A DNA stretch of 64,000 nt, from the NCBI GenBank assembly GCA_029560465.1, contig JAKQKX010000063.1, forward strand, positions 3,796 through 67,795. Reading direction: 5' to 3'. Within the stretch, counting starts at the first letter, position 1. Each line of letters opens with the position of its first letter. This stretch comes from Candidatus Omnitrophota bacterium (GTDB lineage Bacteria; Omnitrophota; Gorgyraeia; Zapsychrales; JANLHA01). Shown piece by piece: positions 20,667 through 29,017 of this stretch. Both the position numbers and the translations under genes were made by a program. A model generated the notes under the pieces. The model saw only the letters and a program-made list of their open reading frames with translations, ran no database searches and was not told the origin of the DNA.

Positions 20667-20710
20667 GGGGACATGTACCTAATTCGCTTATGAATTAGGT
20701 GCGTGTCCCC
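20667..20710. repeat. REP-like palindrome, copy 1
   Basis: GGGGACATGTACCTAATTC-gcttat-GAATTAGGTGCGTGTCCCC: 19-bp stem with two G:T pairs, followed by GGAATTT. Confidence 0.8.
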
Positions 20711-20722
20711 GGAATTTACTGC

Positions 20723-20883
20723 TTATACGACGTTCCGGATAAGTGATATTACAGGGCAAATGGATACCATTTTATAAAAAACAGGGCTATAATAATGAAA
20801 AATCGGGGTAAAAATTGAATTATTCAAATGCCAAGAAACAACGCCAACCAGCAAATGGATAAGTCGTTAAAGAAACGTTCGGC
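20723..20883 (+). mobile_element. Integron attI-like site/leader, copy 1
   Basis: ~145 bp near-identical to 27838-27982; ends in core GTTCGGC (20877-20883), the exact reverse complement of R'' GCCGAAC (22074) of the next cassette; contains TATAAT (20788). Confidence 0.75.
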
Positions 20884-20905
20884 ATGGAAACGCATATAAC
20901 ACAAA

Positions 20906-22054
20906 ATGACTATTGATCAAAAATATCAAATTGATTTTGTATTAGTAACTCACACCAAAGGTATCTTTTTTAATCCACATCGTCCTGAAGGTTTAGCGTT
21001 CACGCCTTCCACTAAAACAGGGTTGCGTTTCGTTCTCAAGCCATCAGACCCAAAAGGCGATGCGTGTGGTCATCGGGAGGGACTTGAATGCAGACTTTAT
21101 TCATCATATCCGGCAACGAAAGAACAGTTTGATTTTGTAGTTGCAATAAATAATCATAGGGTTATGCTTCGCGTTGCTGATGATATTTCTCTCCCATATA
21201 AACCGAAAGAAGAAATCCTTATAAATAAGGATGGTAAATACAAAGACGGTTTTTCTCCGCGTCGTTATTTGTGTCCATCTGATATTCAACAACTAATAAA
21301 AAATGTCGAGTCGGAACTAGCCTCTCAAACAAGTCAGTTTCTTAAACTGCTTCGATGGCGTCAAGGGATTGATGCTCCAGGCGAAGTTATAGAACACCGA
21401 TCACTTTACTGGAAAGTTGAAGCGGGGGATTGTCATTCAGTCCCTTTAGACGGTGGGTCGCACCATACGGTTGTAGTGCCGGAGATGTATGGCATACATT
21501 GGGATTCTGCTGATTCAGTAGATTTACAAAAGCTTTGGGCACAGGATGATATTGCAGAGCCCCTTGGGCATGCTTTAGTAAGAGAAGCAGCAGCTCTTGC
21601 TTCCGAGTCTCCAAGGAGTGCAATATTAATTATGACAGCAGCACTTGAAACAGCGGTTAAAATGCATATTAGCAACATTGCGCCTGATACGGATTGGCTA
21701 ATGGAGGAAATACCGTCACCACCAATTTTCAAGATGCTACGAGACTATATCCCTTTAATTCATGGTAGACGAGGCAGTGGGTTAGTCTGGTGGGTGAATG
21801 TGAACCCCTTTGTTAAGAAGGTGCAGAAACTTATTGAACTTCGTAACAAGGTCGCGCACACTGGGAAAATTCCTCAGGATGCTGCCCCCATTCATGAGAA
21901 CCTCGAATTAGTATCCGATCTGCTCTATTTGTTGGATGTGTTGGCTGGTCACGATTGGGCAAAGTCACTTGCAAGTCATAAATTTCGTGAAGCACTTGGT
22001 TGGCCCAACCCAACTCATGGCAGGACGACAAGCAAGATAACATGGGGACATTAG
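20906..22054 (+). CDS. HEPN-domain protein (ApeA-like), gene cassette
   Basis: AILIMTAALETAVK...LIELRNKVAH (RxxxxH); lower GC; followed by attC. Confidence 0.7.
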   Translation: MTIDQKYQIDFVLVTHTKGIFFNPHRPEGLAFTPSTKTGLRFVLKPSDPKGDACGHREGLECRLYSSYPATKEQFDFVVAINNHRVMLRVADDISLPYKPKEEILINKDGKYKDGFSPRRYLCPSDIQQLIKNVESELASQTSQFLKLLRWRQGIDAPGEVIEHRSLYWKVEAGDCHSVPLDGGSHHTVVVPEMYGIHWDSADSVDLQKLWAQDDIAEPLGHALVREAAALASESPRSAILIMTAALETAVKMHISNIAPDTDWLMEEIPSPPIFKMLRDYIPLIHGRRGSGLVWWVNVNPFVKKVQKLIELRNKVAHTGKIPQDAAPIHENLELVSDLLYLLDVLAGHDWAKSLASHKFREALGWPNPTHGRTTSKITWGH

Positions 22055-22073
22055 AACTAAACAAAGTGGGAAT

Positions 22074-22135
22074 GCCGAACAAGCGCATTCACGCGGGCGC
22101 CGCTACGCGTCGCCGGTGATGCACAGGCGTTAGAT
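22074..22135 (+). mobile_element. attC site
   Basis: GCCGAAC...imperfect palindrome...GTTAGAT, 62 bp. Confidence 0.88.
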
Positions 22136-22153
22136 GTAAAATAAGGAACAATA

Positions 22154-22255
22154 ATGGACATAATTTCCCCATTAATAATAGTAGTTTTATTTTACAGAAT
22201 TAAATTAGGTGATGAGCGAAAATTCGGGATATTAGCTTTTGATATTCCTAAATAG
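22154..22255 (+). pseudogene. Short or truncated cassette ORF (33 aa)
   Basis: AAGGA SD + ATG just after the attC; MDIISPLIIVVLFYRIKLGDERKFGILAFDIPK*; no intact attC follows. Confidence 0.35.
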
Positions 22256-22275
22256 TAAGCGTTCGGGGGTAATTA

Positions 22276-23268
22276 ATGATGGATAACGCAAAATTGATAT
22301 TTCAACAGTTCGCAAATGATGGTATTGACTATATTTATCAGAATATACTAAGTAAGTCATTAGAAGATACATGGGTTGAATGTAAAGGCAAAAGCGATCC
22401 CTCGCACCCAACACTAGACGAAAAGGATAAGTCAAATTTTGCAAAGAATTTGTCTGGTTTTGCTAATACAAGCGGTGGCGTTTTAATTTTTGGGTTAAAA
22501 GCAACAAAGAATTCAGAAGGATTTGACGTCGTTACAGGGGTACAGCCTATTAAAGACATAGATTCATTTGAAGCTGCTTTAAGAGAACAGGAACCTCGTA
22601 TAGTTGAAAGGGCAATATCAGGAATAGAATATAAAAGGATTTATACTGACAAAAATAAAAAAGAAGGCATTTTGCTTGTTTATGTCCCCGAGAGTACCAA
22701 TCCGCCTCATAGAAGTGTGAAAGACAAACATTTTTATCTGCGGGCTGGAGGGTCTTGTTATCCAATGGATTTGCCTCAGATTGAAAGTTTGGTACTTAAA
22801 AATATAAAACCAGAATTAGAAATAGATTTCTTTTTTCTTACGAATATGAATATATCAGATCCCCAGCAAGATTCAAGGGTGGATTTCATTATGGATTTTC
22901 AAATAAAAAATATCGGTAGAGCCATGGCCAAGAATATATTCGTAAGATTAGAGTTTCCTGGTGGGGGTATATATGAAATTTTCCCAGCTAAAAAAGGTGT
23001 CTATGATAAAGCCAACACGGAAACAAAAAGTGTCGTCTACGATTGGCATTATGATAAACCTATCCATCCTAATATATGCGTTCCAATAGAAGAGGCGACG
23101 CTTTTAGTATCTTGTAACTGCAGAATACCTCTTAGTTTTCCTCGATTCTTATTTGATGTTTCCATTTGTGCCGAGAACATGACATTGAAGTCAAAGAATT
23201 ACAATAAAAGCGGAGACGAAATGTTTAAGTTATTAATGGATCGAGGGGTAAGAAGAAAAATAACATGA
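22276..23268 (+). CDS. Schlafen/AlbA_2 domain protein, cassette-derived
   Basis: LEDTWVECK...KNLSGFANTSGGVLIFG...PPH...FYLRAG, the AlbA_2 pattern; low GC. Confidence 0.85.
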   Translation: MMDNAKLIFQQFANDGIDYIYQNILSKSLEDTWVECKGKSDPSHPTLDEKDKSNFAKNLSGFANTSGGVLIFGLKATKNSEGFDVVTGVQPIKDIDSFEAALREQEPRIVERAISGIEYKRIYTDKNKKEGILLVYVPESTNPPHRSVKDKHFYLRAGGSCYPMDLPQIESLVLKNIKPELEIDFFFLTNMNISDPQQDSRVDFIMDFQIKNIGRAMAKNIFVRLEFPGGGIYEIFPAKKGVYDKANTETKSVVYDWHYDKPIHPNICVPIEEATLLVSCNCRIPLSFPRFLFDVSICAENMTLKSKNYNKSGDEMFKLLMDRGVRRKIT

Positions 23269-23291
23269 TGAGTCCTAGTCGAGTTATCACA

Positions 23292-23368
23292 TCCTCGGCA
23301 TTAACGCCGTGATGTTTTTTGTCATCGTTGCCGCTGCGCTTTATGGCAAGTCAACCGCGCTGCTGGCT
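23292..23368 (+). repeat. Exact 77-bp copy of an internal part of the cation transporter gene (30232-30308)
   Basis: tcctcggcattaacgccgtgatg...gcgctgctggct is identical at both loci. Confidence 0.95.
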
Positions 23369-23379
23369 CTTTGGGGTGT

Positions 23380-23446
23380 CCATAACAACCGCATGAACCG
23401 GATCGTGTCCCTGTTGGGCCACTCCGGGTTATGCGCGGCGTTCGAC
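23380..23446 (+). mobile_element. attC site
   Basis: CCATAACaaccgcatgaaccgga...tccgggttatgcgcggcGTTCGAC. Confidence 0.8.
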
Positions 23447-23463
23447 GAAGAAAGGAGGACGCA

Positions 23464-24090
23464 ATGAAATTCAACTGCATAAACTGCGGACAGAGCTTGG
23501 AGGCTGATTCAGACATGGCCGGGACTTCGGTGACATGCCCGGTTTGTTCCAAAGACATAAAAGTGCCGGGCCCGAAGGACCAGCCGATCCGAGTCCGACG
23601 AACGACCCCACCGCCAGTTCCTCAACAGCCTTTTTCAGAGACATCCCCGCTCAACACGGGATTACAGCCCAGAAGCTTCTTCGGCACCGCGTCTATGATC
23701 TTTGGGGTCACGTCCCCTCTGTTTGCGCTTGGGTTCGACTTCCTGATGTCCCTGCAAACGGGTGTACCTTTCGGGAGAATGCTGACCATATCCATACCGA
23801 CGGGATTTATGTTCGGGCTCCTTTTCGGGCTGATCATGGCCGCATTCCTGAAAGCAGACACCATCACTGTCAACATCCGGGATAGAGATGACTTTGTCTC
23901 TCGAATCAATGTGGCCATGTCTCAGATCGGTTTCTATCCGGAAACGGGATCAGGCAACTTCCTGATCTTTAAACCTTCCTTTTGGGCCGGATTGATGTCC
24001 GGACGGTTTTCAATAGTAATTCAAGGCAGCAAAGCGACAATCGTAGGCCCGAGTAAGTATCTGAAGAATATCCAGAAGAGGTTCGTATAG
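23464..24090 (+). CDS. Zn-ribbon membrane protein, gene cassette
   Basis: MKFNCINCG...CPVC, Pro-rich linker, 2 TM helices; AGGAGG SD; flanked by attC sites. Confidence 0.8.
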   Translation: MKFNCINCGQSLEADSDMAGTSVTCPVCSKDIKVPGPKDQPIRVRRTTPPPVPQQPFSETSPLNTGLQPRSFFGTASMIFGVTSPLFALGFDFLMSLQTGVPFGRMLTISIPTGFMFGLLFGLIMAAFLKADTITVNIRDRDDFVSRINVAMSQIGFYPETGSGNFLIFKPSFWAGLMSGRFSIVIQGSKATIVGPSKYLKNIQKRFV

Positions 24091-24095
24091 GTAGT

Positions 24096-24155
24096 GCCGA
24101 ACAAGCCGGATGCATGCGACGGCTTGCAGCCGCGCGTGATGCGCAGGTGTTATTT
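24096..24155 (+). mobile_element. attC site
   Basis: GCCGAACaagccggatgcatgcgacggc...gccgcgcgtgatgcgcaggtGTTATTT. Confidence 0.85.
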
Positions 24156-24167
24156 TAGTTGATTTCA

Positions 24168-24196
24168 TTGCAATTACTTATCATATATGTTAAGAT
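24168..24196 (+). promoter_or_regulatory. Sigma70 promoter of the AbiE operon with an overlapping palindrome
   Basis: TTGCAA-17-TAAGAT with extended -10 TG; imperfect palindrome CTTATCATATATGTTAAG (24177-24194). Confidence 0.6.
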
Positions 24197-24202
24197 TATG
24201 GC

Positions 24203-24841
24203 ATGGAATTTGAAGAGTTTGTGTATAAAGTACAAGATTTGCCGGTTATCATTACAGAATATTTTTCTGCCGGGCAGAAGGATAGTCTGCCGATGGAGGT
24301 CCAGTTAAGTCGTTGGAAAAAGTCCGGTAAAATTATTCAACTCAAGCGGGGGGTATATCTTTTAGCAGAACCTTACCGAAAACGGCAAGTTTACGAATTT
24401 TATCTTGCAGGCCTTCTCCAACAGCCTTCCTATATCAGTTTGGAAAAAGCTTTTGAATTTCATAATCTTATCCCTGAAGCCGTAAATAGCTTTACCAGCG
24501 TTACTCCTAAAAGACACGCATGTTATGAGACCCCTGTTGGTCGTTTTGATTATCGGCACATTCGAGAGTCATTATTTTGGGGATATCAATCCGTAACCCT
24601 TTATGGCCAGACGGCGTTTATGGCTTTGCCTGAAAAGGCGCTTTTGGATTTTTTTTATCTTTCCCCGCATGAGCCGGATGAAGATTATTTGAAGGAGATG
24701 CGTCTGCAAAATTTAGATTTAATTGAACCTGAAAAAATGGAGTATTTTTCGCGTAGATTTGGAAAGCCGAAGTTGCGGCGCACCGCCGAGGCGATGATCA
24801 AACTGTGTGAAAAAGAAAGACAGGAAGAAAAAACGTTATGA
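24203..24841 (+). CDS. abiEi: Type IV TA antitoxin, AbiEi family
   Basis: IIQLKRGVY, PSYISLEKA, LIPE, ALPEKALLDFFY. Confidence 0.85.
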   Translation: MEFEEFVYKVQDLPVIITEYFSAGQKDSLPMEVQLSRWKKSGKIIQLKRGVYLLAEPYRKRQVYEFYLAGLLQQPSYISLEKAFEFHNLIPEAVNSFTSVTPKRHACYETPVGRFDYRHIRESLFWGYQSVTLYGQTAFMALPEKALLDFFYLSPHEPDEDYLKEMRLQNLDLIEPEKMEYFSRRFGKPKLRRTAEAMIKLCEKERQEEKTL

Positions 24842-25659
24842 AAGATTATTGTTTAGAACTGGCGGCTGCTAAAAGTGGGTATGACGCTAAACTCAACACG
24901 ATGCGGGAATATTTACAGGCGTATATTCTGCGAATTATGCAACAACAGCATATTTTTAGAACGACAGCTTTTATGGGTGGTACGGCCTTAAGGTTCATAT
25001 ATAAATTACCCCGTTTTTCTGAAGACCTGGACTTTTCTCTGGTTGATCAACCGGATTGGAAGTTTGCCGATTTGATTGCCAATATTAAAAAACAATTTAT
25101 GGATGCTGGATATAATATTCATGTCAAATACAAGGATCAGAAAACAGTGCAACATGCTTTCTTCCATTTTGATCAACTTTTGTATGATGCGGACCTGTCA
25201 CCTATACGAGATCAAAAATTCAGCATCAAATTGGAGGTTGATACCAATCCACCGCTGGGTGCGGGAGTAGAAACAAAGGTTTCCAATATCTATTTCCCGG
25301 TCAGTTTCTTGACGTACGATCTGCCATCTTTGTTTGCCGGAAAGCTTCACGCTTTGTTGAGCCGCGGGTTTACCAAGGGCCGTGATTTTTATGATTTGGC
25401 CTGGTATCTTTCCCGCTTTGATGGTGGGATTAAACCAAATTTCAACATGCTTAATCATGCGCTTGTGCAGTCCCATTGGCAGGGGGCGGAGTTAAATGAA
25501 AAAAACGGGTGGTCTGAATTAACAAAAATCGTCAAGGCGGCTGACTGGAAAAAGGTCAGAGAGGATGTTGAGAAATTCCTTGAAAATCCCAAGGATATGG
25601 ATGTTTACACGCAAGAGACTGTGTTGGGATTAGTGGCGAGTTGGGATAAAGAAGAATAA
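24838..25659 (+). CDS. abiEii: Type IV TA toxin, AbiEii nucleotidyltransferase
   Basis: FMGGTALR...RFSEDLDF, KLHALL.R...KGRDFYDL; ATGA overlap with the antitoxin. Confidence 0.92.
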   Translation: MKDYCLELAAAKSGYDAKLNTMREYLQAYILRIMQQQHIFRTTAFMGGTALRFIYKLPRFSEDLDFSLVDQPDWKFADLIANIKKQFMDAGYNIHVKYKDQKTVQHAFFHFDQLLYDADLSPIRDQKFSIKLEVDTNPPLGAGVETKVSNIYFPVSFLTYDLPSLFAGKLHALLSRGFTKGRDFYDLAWYLSRFDGGIKPNFNMLNHALVQSHWQGAELNEKNGWSELTKIVKAADWKKVREDVEKFLENPKDMDVYTQETVLGLVASWDKEE

Positions 25660-25771
25660 TCAGCGCCTGGCTCCCGGGGACGAAAAATCATATGGCCGCC
25701 CCGCCCCTCCGACCGTAAGAATGAAAAATGGGCCGGTAACCGATATTTCCAAACGAAAGGCTGGATAACCT

Positions 25772-26314
25772 ATGAACATGGCATCACGGCTTCTTCTTTT
25801 AACCGTATTCGTTAGCGTGTGTTCCGGATGTTGTGTCGCGTATGTTGTCACCGTGCCTGCCGCCGTAGTCAGCGCTGCTTTTATGAAAAAACATAAAGTC
25901 CATACTTCACAAGAGGTCCGCACGAAAGATGGCGCGCACGTTTATTTCTTGCAGCTGTCGGTCCCCCTGACAACGCTTCAAAAGGCCGACGGGCCGGAAC
26001 TGCTTTTTTTCTCGGTCATTGCGCGATCGCAATTTAATCCTGCAAAACCATGCGTATATCGGATATTTGCGCAAAAGATCCGGGATGGGAAAGAAGTCGG
26101 CGGCCCCGCCGTGGTCCTGGAATGGCGAATCAAGCATCCCCATGAGCCCCGTTGGGATATACAGGAGTTGTTTTTTGATCCCGTCAGAATGATTTCAGAT
26201 AAAAGGATAAGGGATACCGGAATCATCTATCGCGTTCGGGGCAAGAAAGCGGAGCGGGAACAATTTCTGGCTGTTCTTGAGAAAGACATTCTGGGCCGGA
26301 TTACCCAGGAATAA
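25772..26314 (+). CDS. Hypothetical lipoprotein-like protein
   Basis: Hydrophobic N-terminus ending VCSGC. Confidence 0.6.
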   Translation: MNMASRLLLLTVFVSVCSGCCVAYVVTVPAAVVSAAFMKKHKVHTSQEVRTKDGAHVYFLQLSVPLTTLQKADGPELLFFSVIARSQFNPAKPCVYRIFAQKIRDGKEVGGPAVVLEWRIKHPHEPRWDIQELFFDPVRMISDKRIRDTGIIYRVRGKKAEREQFLAVLEKDILGRITQE

Positions 26315-26352
26315 TGAGGGGGATTCTGACGGTATTATAAAGAAGGAGAATC

Positions 26353-26592
26353 ATGGATAAACAGATTTTTATATCTTTAGCGTGTATCATCGCGGGATTA
26401 TTCAGCTCAATTTGCGCCGGGATGGATTTTGATTTTTTTATGAATCACAGAAAAGCCCGATTCTTTGTGAAAATATTGGGCAGAAACGGCGCTCGGATTC
26501 TTTATGTTTTACTCGGCATCGCCATGATTATTGTTGGCGTTGGTTTTTTTACCGGGATCATCCCCTTGCAAGGGGAGCCTGTTTTTCAGTGA
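26353..26592 (+). CDS. Immunity protein Imm17-like
   Basis: GLFS...DFFMNHRKARFFVKILGRNGARILY pattern; AAGGAG SD. Confidence 0.75.
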   Translation: MDKQIFISLACIIAGLFSSICAGMDFDFFMNHRKARFFVKILGRNGARILYVLLGIAMIIVGVGFFTGIIPLQGEPVFQ

Positions 26593-26687
26593 TAAATAAT
26601 TTTGATAACGCCCGGCCTGATTGCCCGCTTTAAAACGGGGGGACAACTGCCGGGTGAACTCATGCGTCCGGCCGGGAGGATAAAACC

Positions 26688-27491
26688 ATGGCAAAAGCAT
26701 ACGTTCACGGATACGATCCGCGGGAGAACATTCGCTTACAGGATCAGGCCACCACCTTGGTTGACCTGCTGCATTCGGACACGGCCTATCCGGCGGGAAG
26801 CCGCGTCCTGGAAGCCGGCTGCGGAGTCGGCGCGCAAACGGTGACCTTGGCGAGAAACAGCCCCGGGGCGTCCATCGTGTCCATTGATATCGCGGAGGAA
26901 TCGCTCGCGCAGGCGGAGCGGATTGTCCGGGCGGCAGGGATGCCCAACGTCCGGTTCCAGCAGGCGGACATCTACCACTTACCCTTTGCCCCGCAATCAT
27001 TTGACCACGTCTTTGTTTGTTTTGTGCTGGAGCACTTGAGAGAGCCGGGCGCTGCCTTGCGGAAGCTGAAAGAGTGCCTGCGGCCGGGCGGAACCATCAC
27101 CGTCATTGAAGGCGACCACGGCTCTGCCTGCTTTCATCCCGACAGCGATGCGGCGCGCGCCGCGATTCACAGCCAGGTCGAATTGCAGTCTCGCGCGGGC
27201 GGCAACGCGCTCATGGGAAGGGCGCTGTATCCGTTGCTGGTTACAGCGGGCTATCGTGATGTCCGGGTGTCCCCCCGGATGGTATATGTTGATTCCAGCA
27301 AGCCGGAACTGGTCGACGGATTCACGAAGAAGACATTTACGGCGATGATCGAGGGTGTGCGTCAATCGGCGATCGAGGAGGGCGTCATCGAGCCCGCGCT
27401 GTTCGACCAGGGAATCAAGGACCTGTACCGAACGGCCGAGCCCGACGGCACATTCTGCTACACCTTTTTCAAAGCCCTGGGAAAAGCATGA
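26688..27491 (+). CDS. Class I SAM-dependent methyltransferase, cassette-derived
   Basis: VLEAGCGVG, FDHVFVCFVLEH, LRPGG; flanked by GTCCGGC (26666) and GCCGAAC (27494) core-like sites. Confidence 0.92.
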   Translation: MAKAYVHGYDPRENIRLQDQATTLVDLLHSDTAYPAGSRVLEAGCGVGAQTVTLARNSPGASIVSIDIAEESLAQAERIVRAAGMPNVRFQQADIYHLPFAPQSFDHVFVCFVLEHLREPGAALRKLKECLRPGGTITVIEGDHGSACFHPDSDAARAAIHSQVELQSRAGGNALMGRALYPLLVTAGYRDVRVSPRMVYVDSSKPELVDGFTKKTFTAMIEGVRQSAIEEGVIEPALFDQGIKDLYRTAEPDGTFCYTFFKALGKA

Positions 27492-27520
27492 ACGCCGAAC
27501 CATGAAAGGAGATTCTTAAC

Positions 27521-27733
27521 ATGCAGGTATTGGGGGTTTTGCTGTTGATCGCTGGTTTGGTCTTTGGAGCCGTTGGTATCTGGAGGAAAAAGAATCCTGG
27601 AGGCCCTGTCTTCTTTGGTCATGTAACGGACAGCATCCGGGACCTCTATGGTGTTAAAACGCCTGGCCATTGGCCGATCATCGTGGGGGCAATTTTGTTC
27701 CTGGCCGGCCTTGTCCTCGTGCTGCTGAAGTAG
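27521..27733 (+). CDS. Small 2-TM hypothetical protein
   Basis: AAGGAG SD; two hydrophobic helices. Confidence 0.6.
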   Translation: MQVLGVLLLIAGLVFGAVGIWRKKNPGGPVFFGHVTDSIRDLYGVKTPGHWPIIVGAILFLAGLVLVLLK

Positions 27734-27743
27734 GCCGGGTTTT

Positions 27744-27814
27744 GGGGACAGATGACTTAATTCGCTTATGAATTAGGTGCGTATCCCCGGAATTTTGGAA
27801 TTTGCCCGGAATTT
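27744..27814. repeat. REP-like palindrome, copy 2, with tandem GGAATTT tail
   Basis: GGGGACAGATGACTTAATTC-gcttat-GAATTAGGTGCGTATCCCC, then ggaatttt-ggaattt-gcccggaattt. Confidence 0.75.
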
Positions 27815-27837
27815 CTGTGTTAAAGTGGAAACCCTGA

Positions 27838-27998
27838 TTATCCGACGTTCCGGATAAGTGATATTACAGGGCAAATGGATACCATTTTATAAAAAACAGG
27901 GCTATAATAATGAAAAATCGGGGTAAAAATTGAATTATTCAAATGCCAAGAAACACCGCCAACCAGCAAATGGATAAGTCGTATAATAATTGTTCGCT
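27838..27998 (+). mobile_element. Integron attI-like site/leader, copy 2
   Basis: Near-identical to copy 1; core GTTCGCT (27992-27998) is the exact reverse complement of AGCGAAC (28567) of the next cassette. Confidence 0.75.
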
Positions 27999-28011
27999 AT
28001 AAGGGATATAG

Positions 28012-28605
28012 ATGACAGAGCAAGAAAAGAGGAATATTGAAGAATCAATTGATAACGTAAAAAACGCCTTCCAGAGAGCGCCAAACGTCCTTCTTACTGA
28101 GGAAGATCTTCGTGTGCACCTTTGCCATAGACTTATCAATCATTTCGGTACGGAAAATAGGACAAACGATGGCGACATATCAATATCATTACATACGGAA
28201 ATACGCTGGTACGGGAATGGAAATCTAAAGACTCGATCTGATATTGTGCTTGTTGACGTTTCAAGTCTTGACGTTAGTAAGCATTTTAAACTGCCTAGCA
28301 AAGGTTATGGATTCAACATTCCTAAGGCTATTATTGAATTGAAATTCCGCCGTCCGAACGGAGAAGCTACATCCCAATTTCTTAAGAAGATACGTCAAGA
28401 TATCATAAAGCTTCAAGAACTCATCCGAGTTTTTGAGACTGTTCAAGGACAAAACACGGTTGCGTTCTGGATGGTCGTATTTGACAAGAAGCACAATATT
28501 CAGTGTAATATTGACGAACTAAAAATTCCACCCGGTGTGAATGTTACATATTGTTTTGCAGAAAGTAGCGAACAAACGCCTGCACCGGACGCTGTGCGCC
28601 GGTGA
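28012..28605 (+). CDS. Putative PD-(D/E)XK-fold nuclease, gene cassette
   Basis: TEEDLR...HTE...RSDIVLVD...AIIELK pattern; ORF reads into its attC. Confidence 0.55.
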   Translation: MTEQEKRNIEESIDNVKNAFQRAPNVLLTEEDLRVHLCHRLINHFGTENRTNDGDISISLHTEIRWYGNGNLKTRSDIVLVDVSSLDVSKHFKLPSKGYGFNIPKAIIELKFRRPNGEATSQFLKKIRQDIIKLQELIRVFETVQGQNTVAFWMVVFDKKHNIQCNIDELKIPPGVNVTYCFAESSEQTPAPDAVRR

Positions 28606-28620
28606 GGTGCCGCGTTAGAT
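28567..28620 (+). mobile_element. attC site
   Basis: AGCGAACaaacgcctgcaccggacgc...gcgccggtgaggtgccgcGTTAGAT. Confidence 0.85.
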
Positions 28621-28639
28621 TTATAGAAAAGGGGGTTTT

Positions 28640-29017
28640 ATGACTCAGCTAATAATTGGTTATTTAATATCTACAGTTGTTGGAGCATTTATCATGAAGT
28701 TTGTTATGGAGAAAAAAGTATGGGGAAAATGGCTGCAAGATAAAGAAGAAAAAAATGAAGATAAGAAAAAAAATATAAAAAAAATATCAATGCTAGTGGG
28801 CATTCTTGAACGTGTTTTATATACTACCGCAATAATAATGGGCCAATATTCTTTTATTGCTATATGGTTAGGTATTAAAGTTGCACCAAAATGGGGCAAG
28901 TGGCATGAGGAAGAAAATCGTGGTATCTTTAATGCATTTTTGATAGGCAATGCGTTATCTATTATCATAGCCTTCGTGGGAGCATGGGTTATTAAACCAA
29001 GTATTCTTAAAATATAA
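28640..29017 (+). CDS. Small membrane protein (DUF3307 C-terminal-like), gene cassette
   Basis: VGILERVL...KVA...FLIGNALS; cassette bounded by GTTAGAT (28614) and its complement ATCTAAC (29025). Confidence 0.7.
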   Translation: MTQLIIGYLISTVVGAFIMKFVMEKKVWGKWLQDKEEKNEDKKKNIKKISMLVGILERVLYTTAIIMGQYSFIAIWLGIKVAPKWGKWHEEENRGIFNAFLIGNALSIIIAFVGAWVIKPSILKI

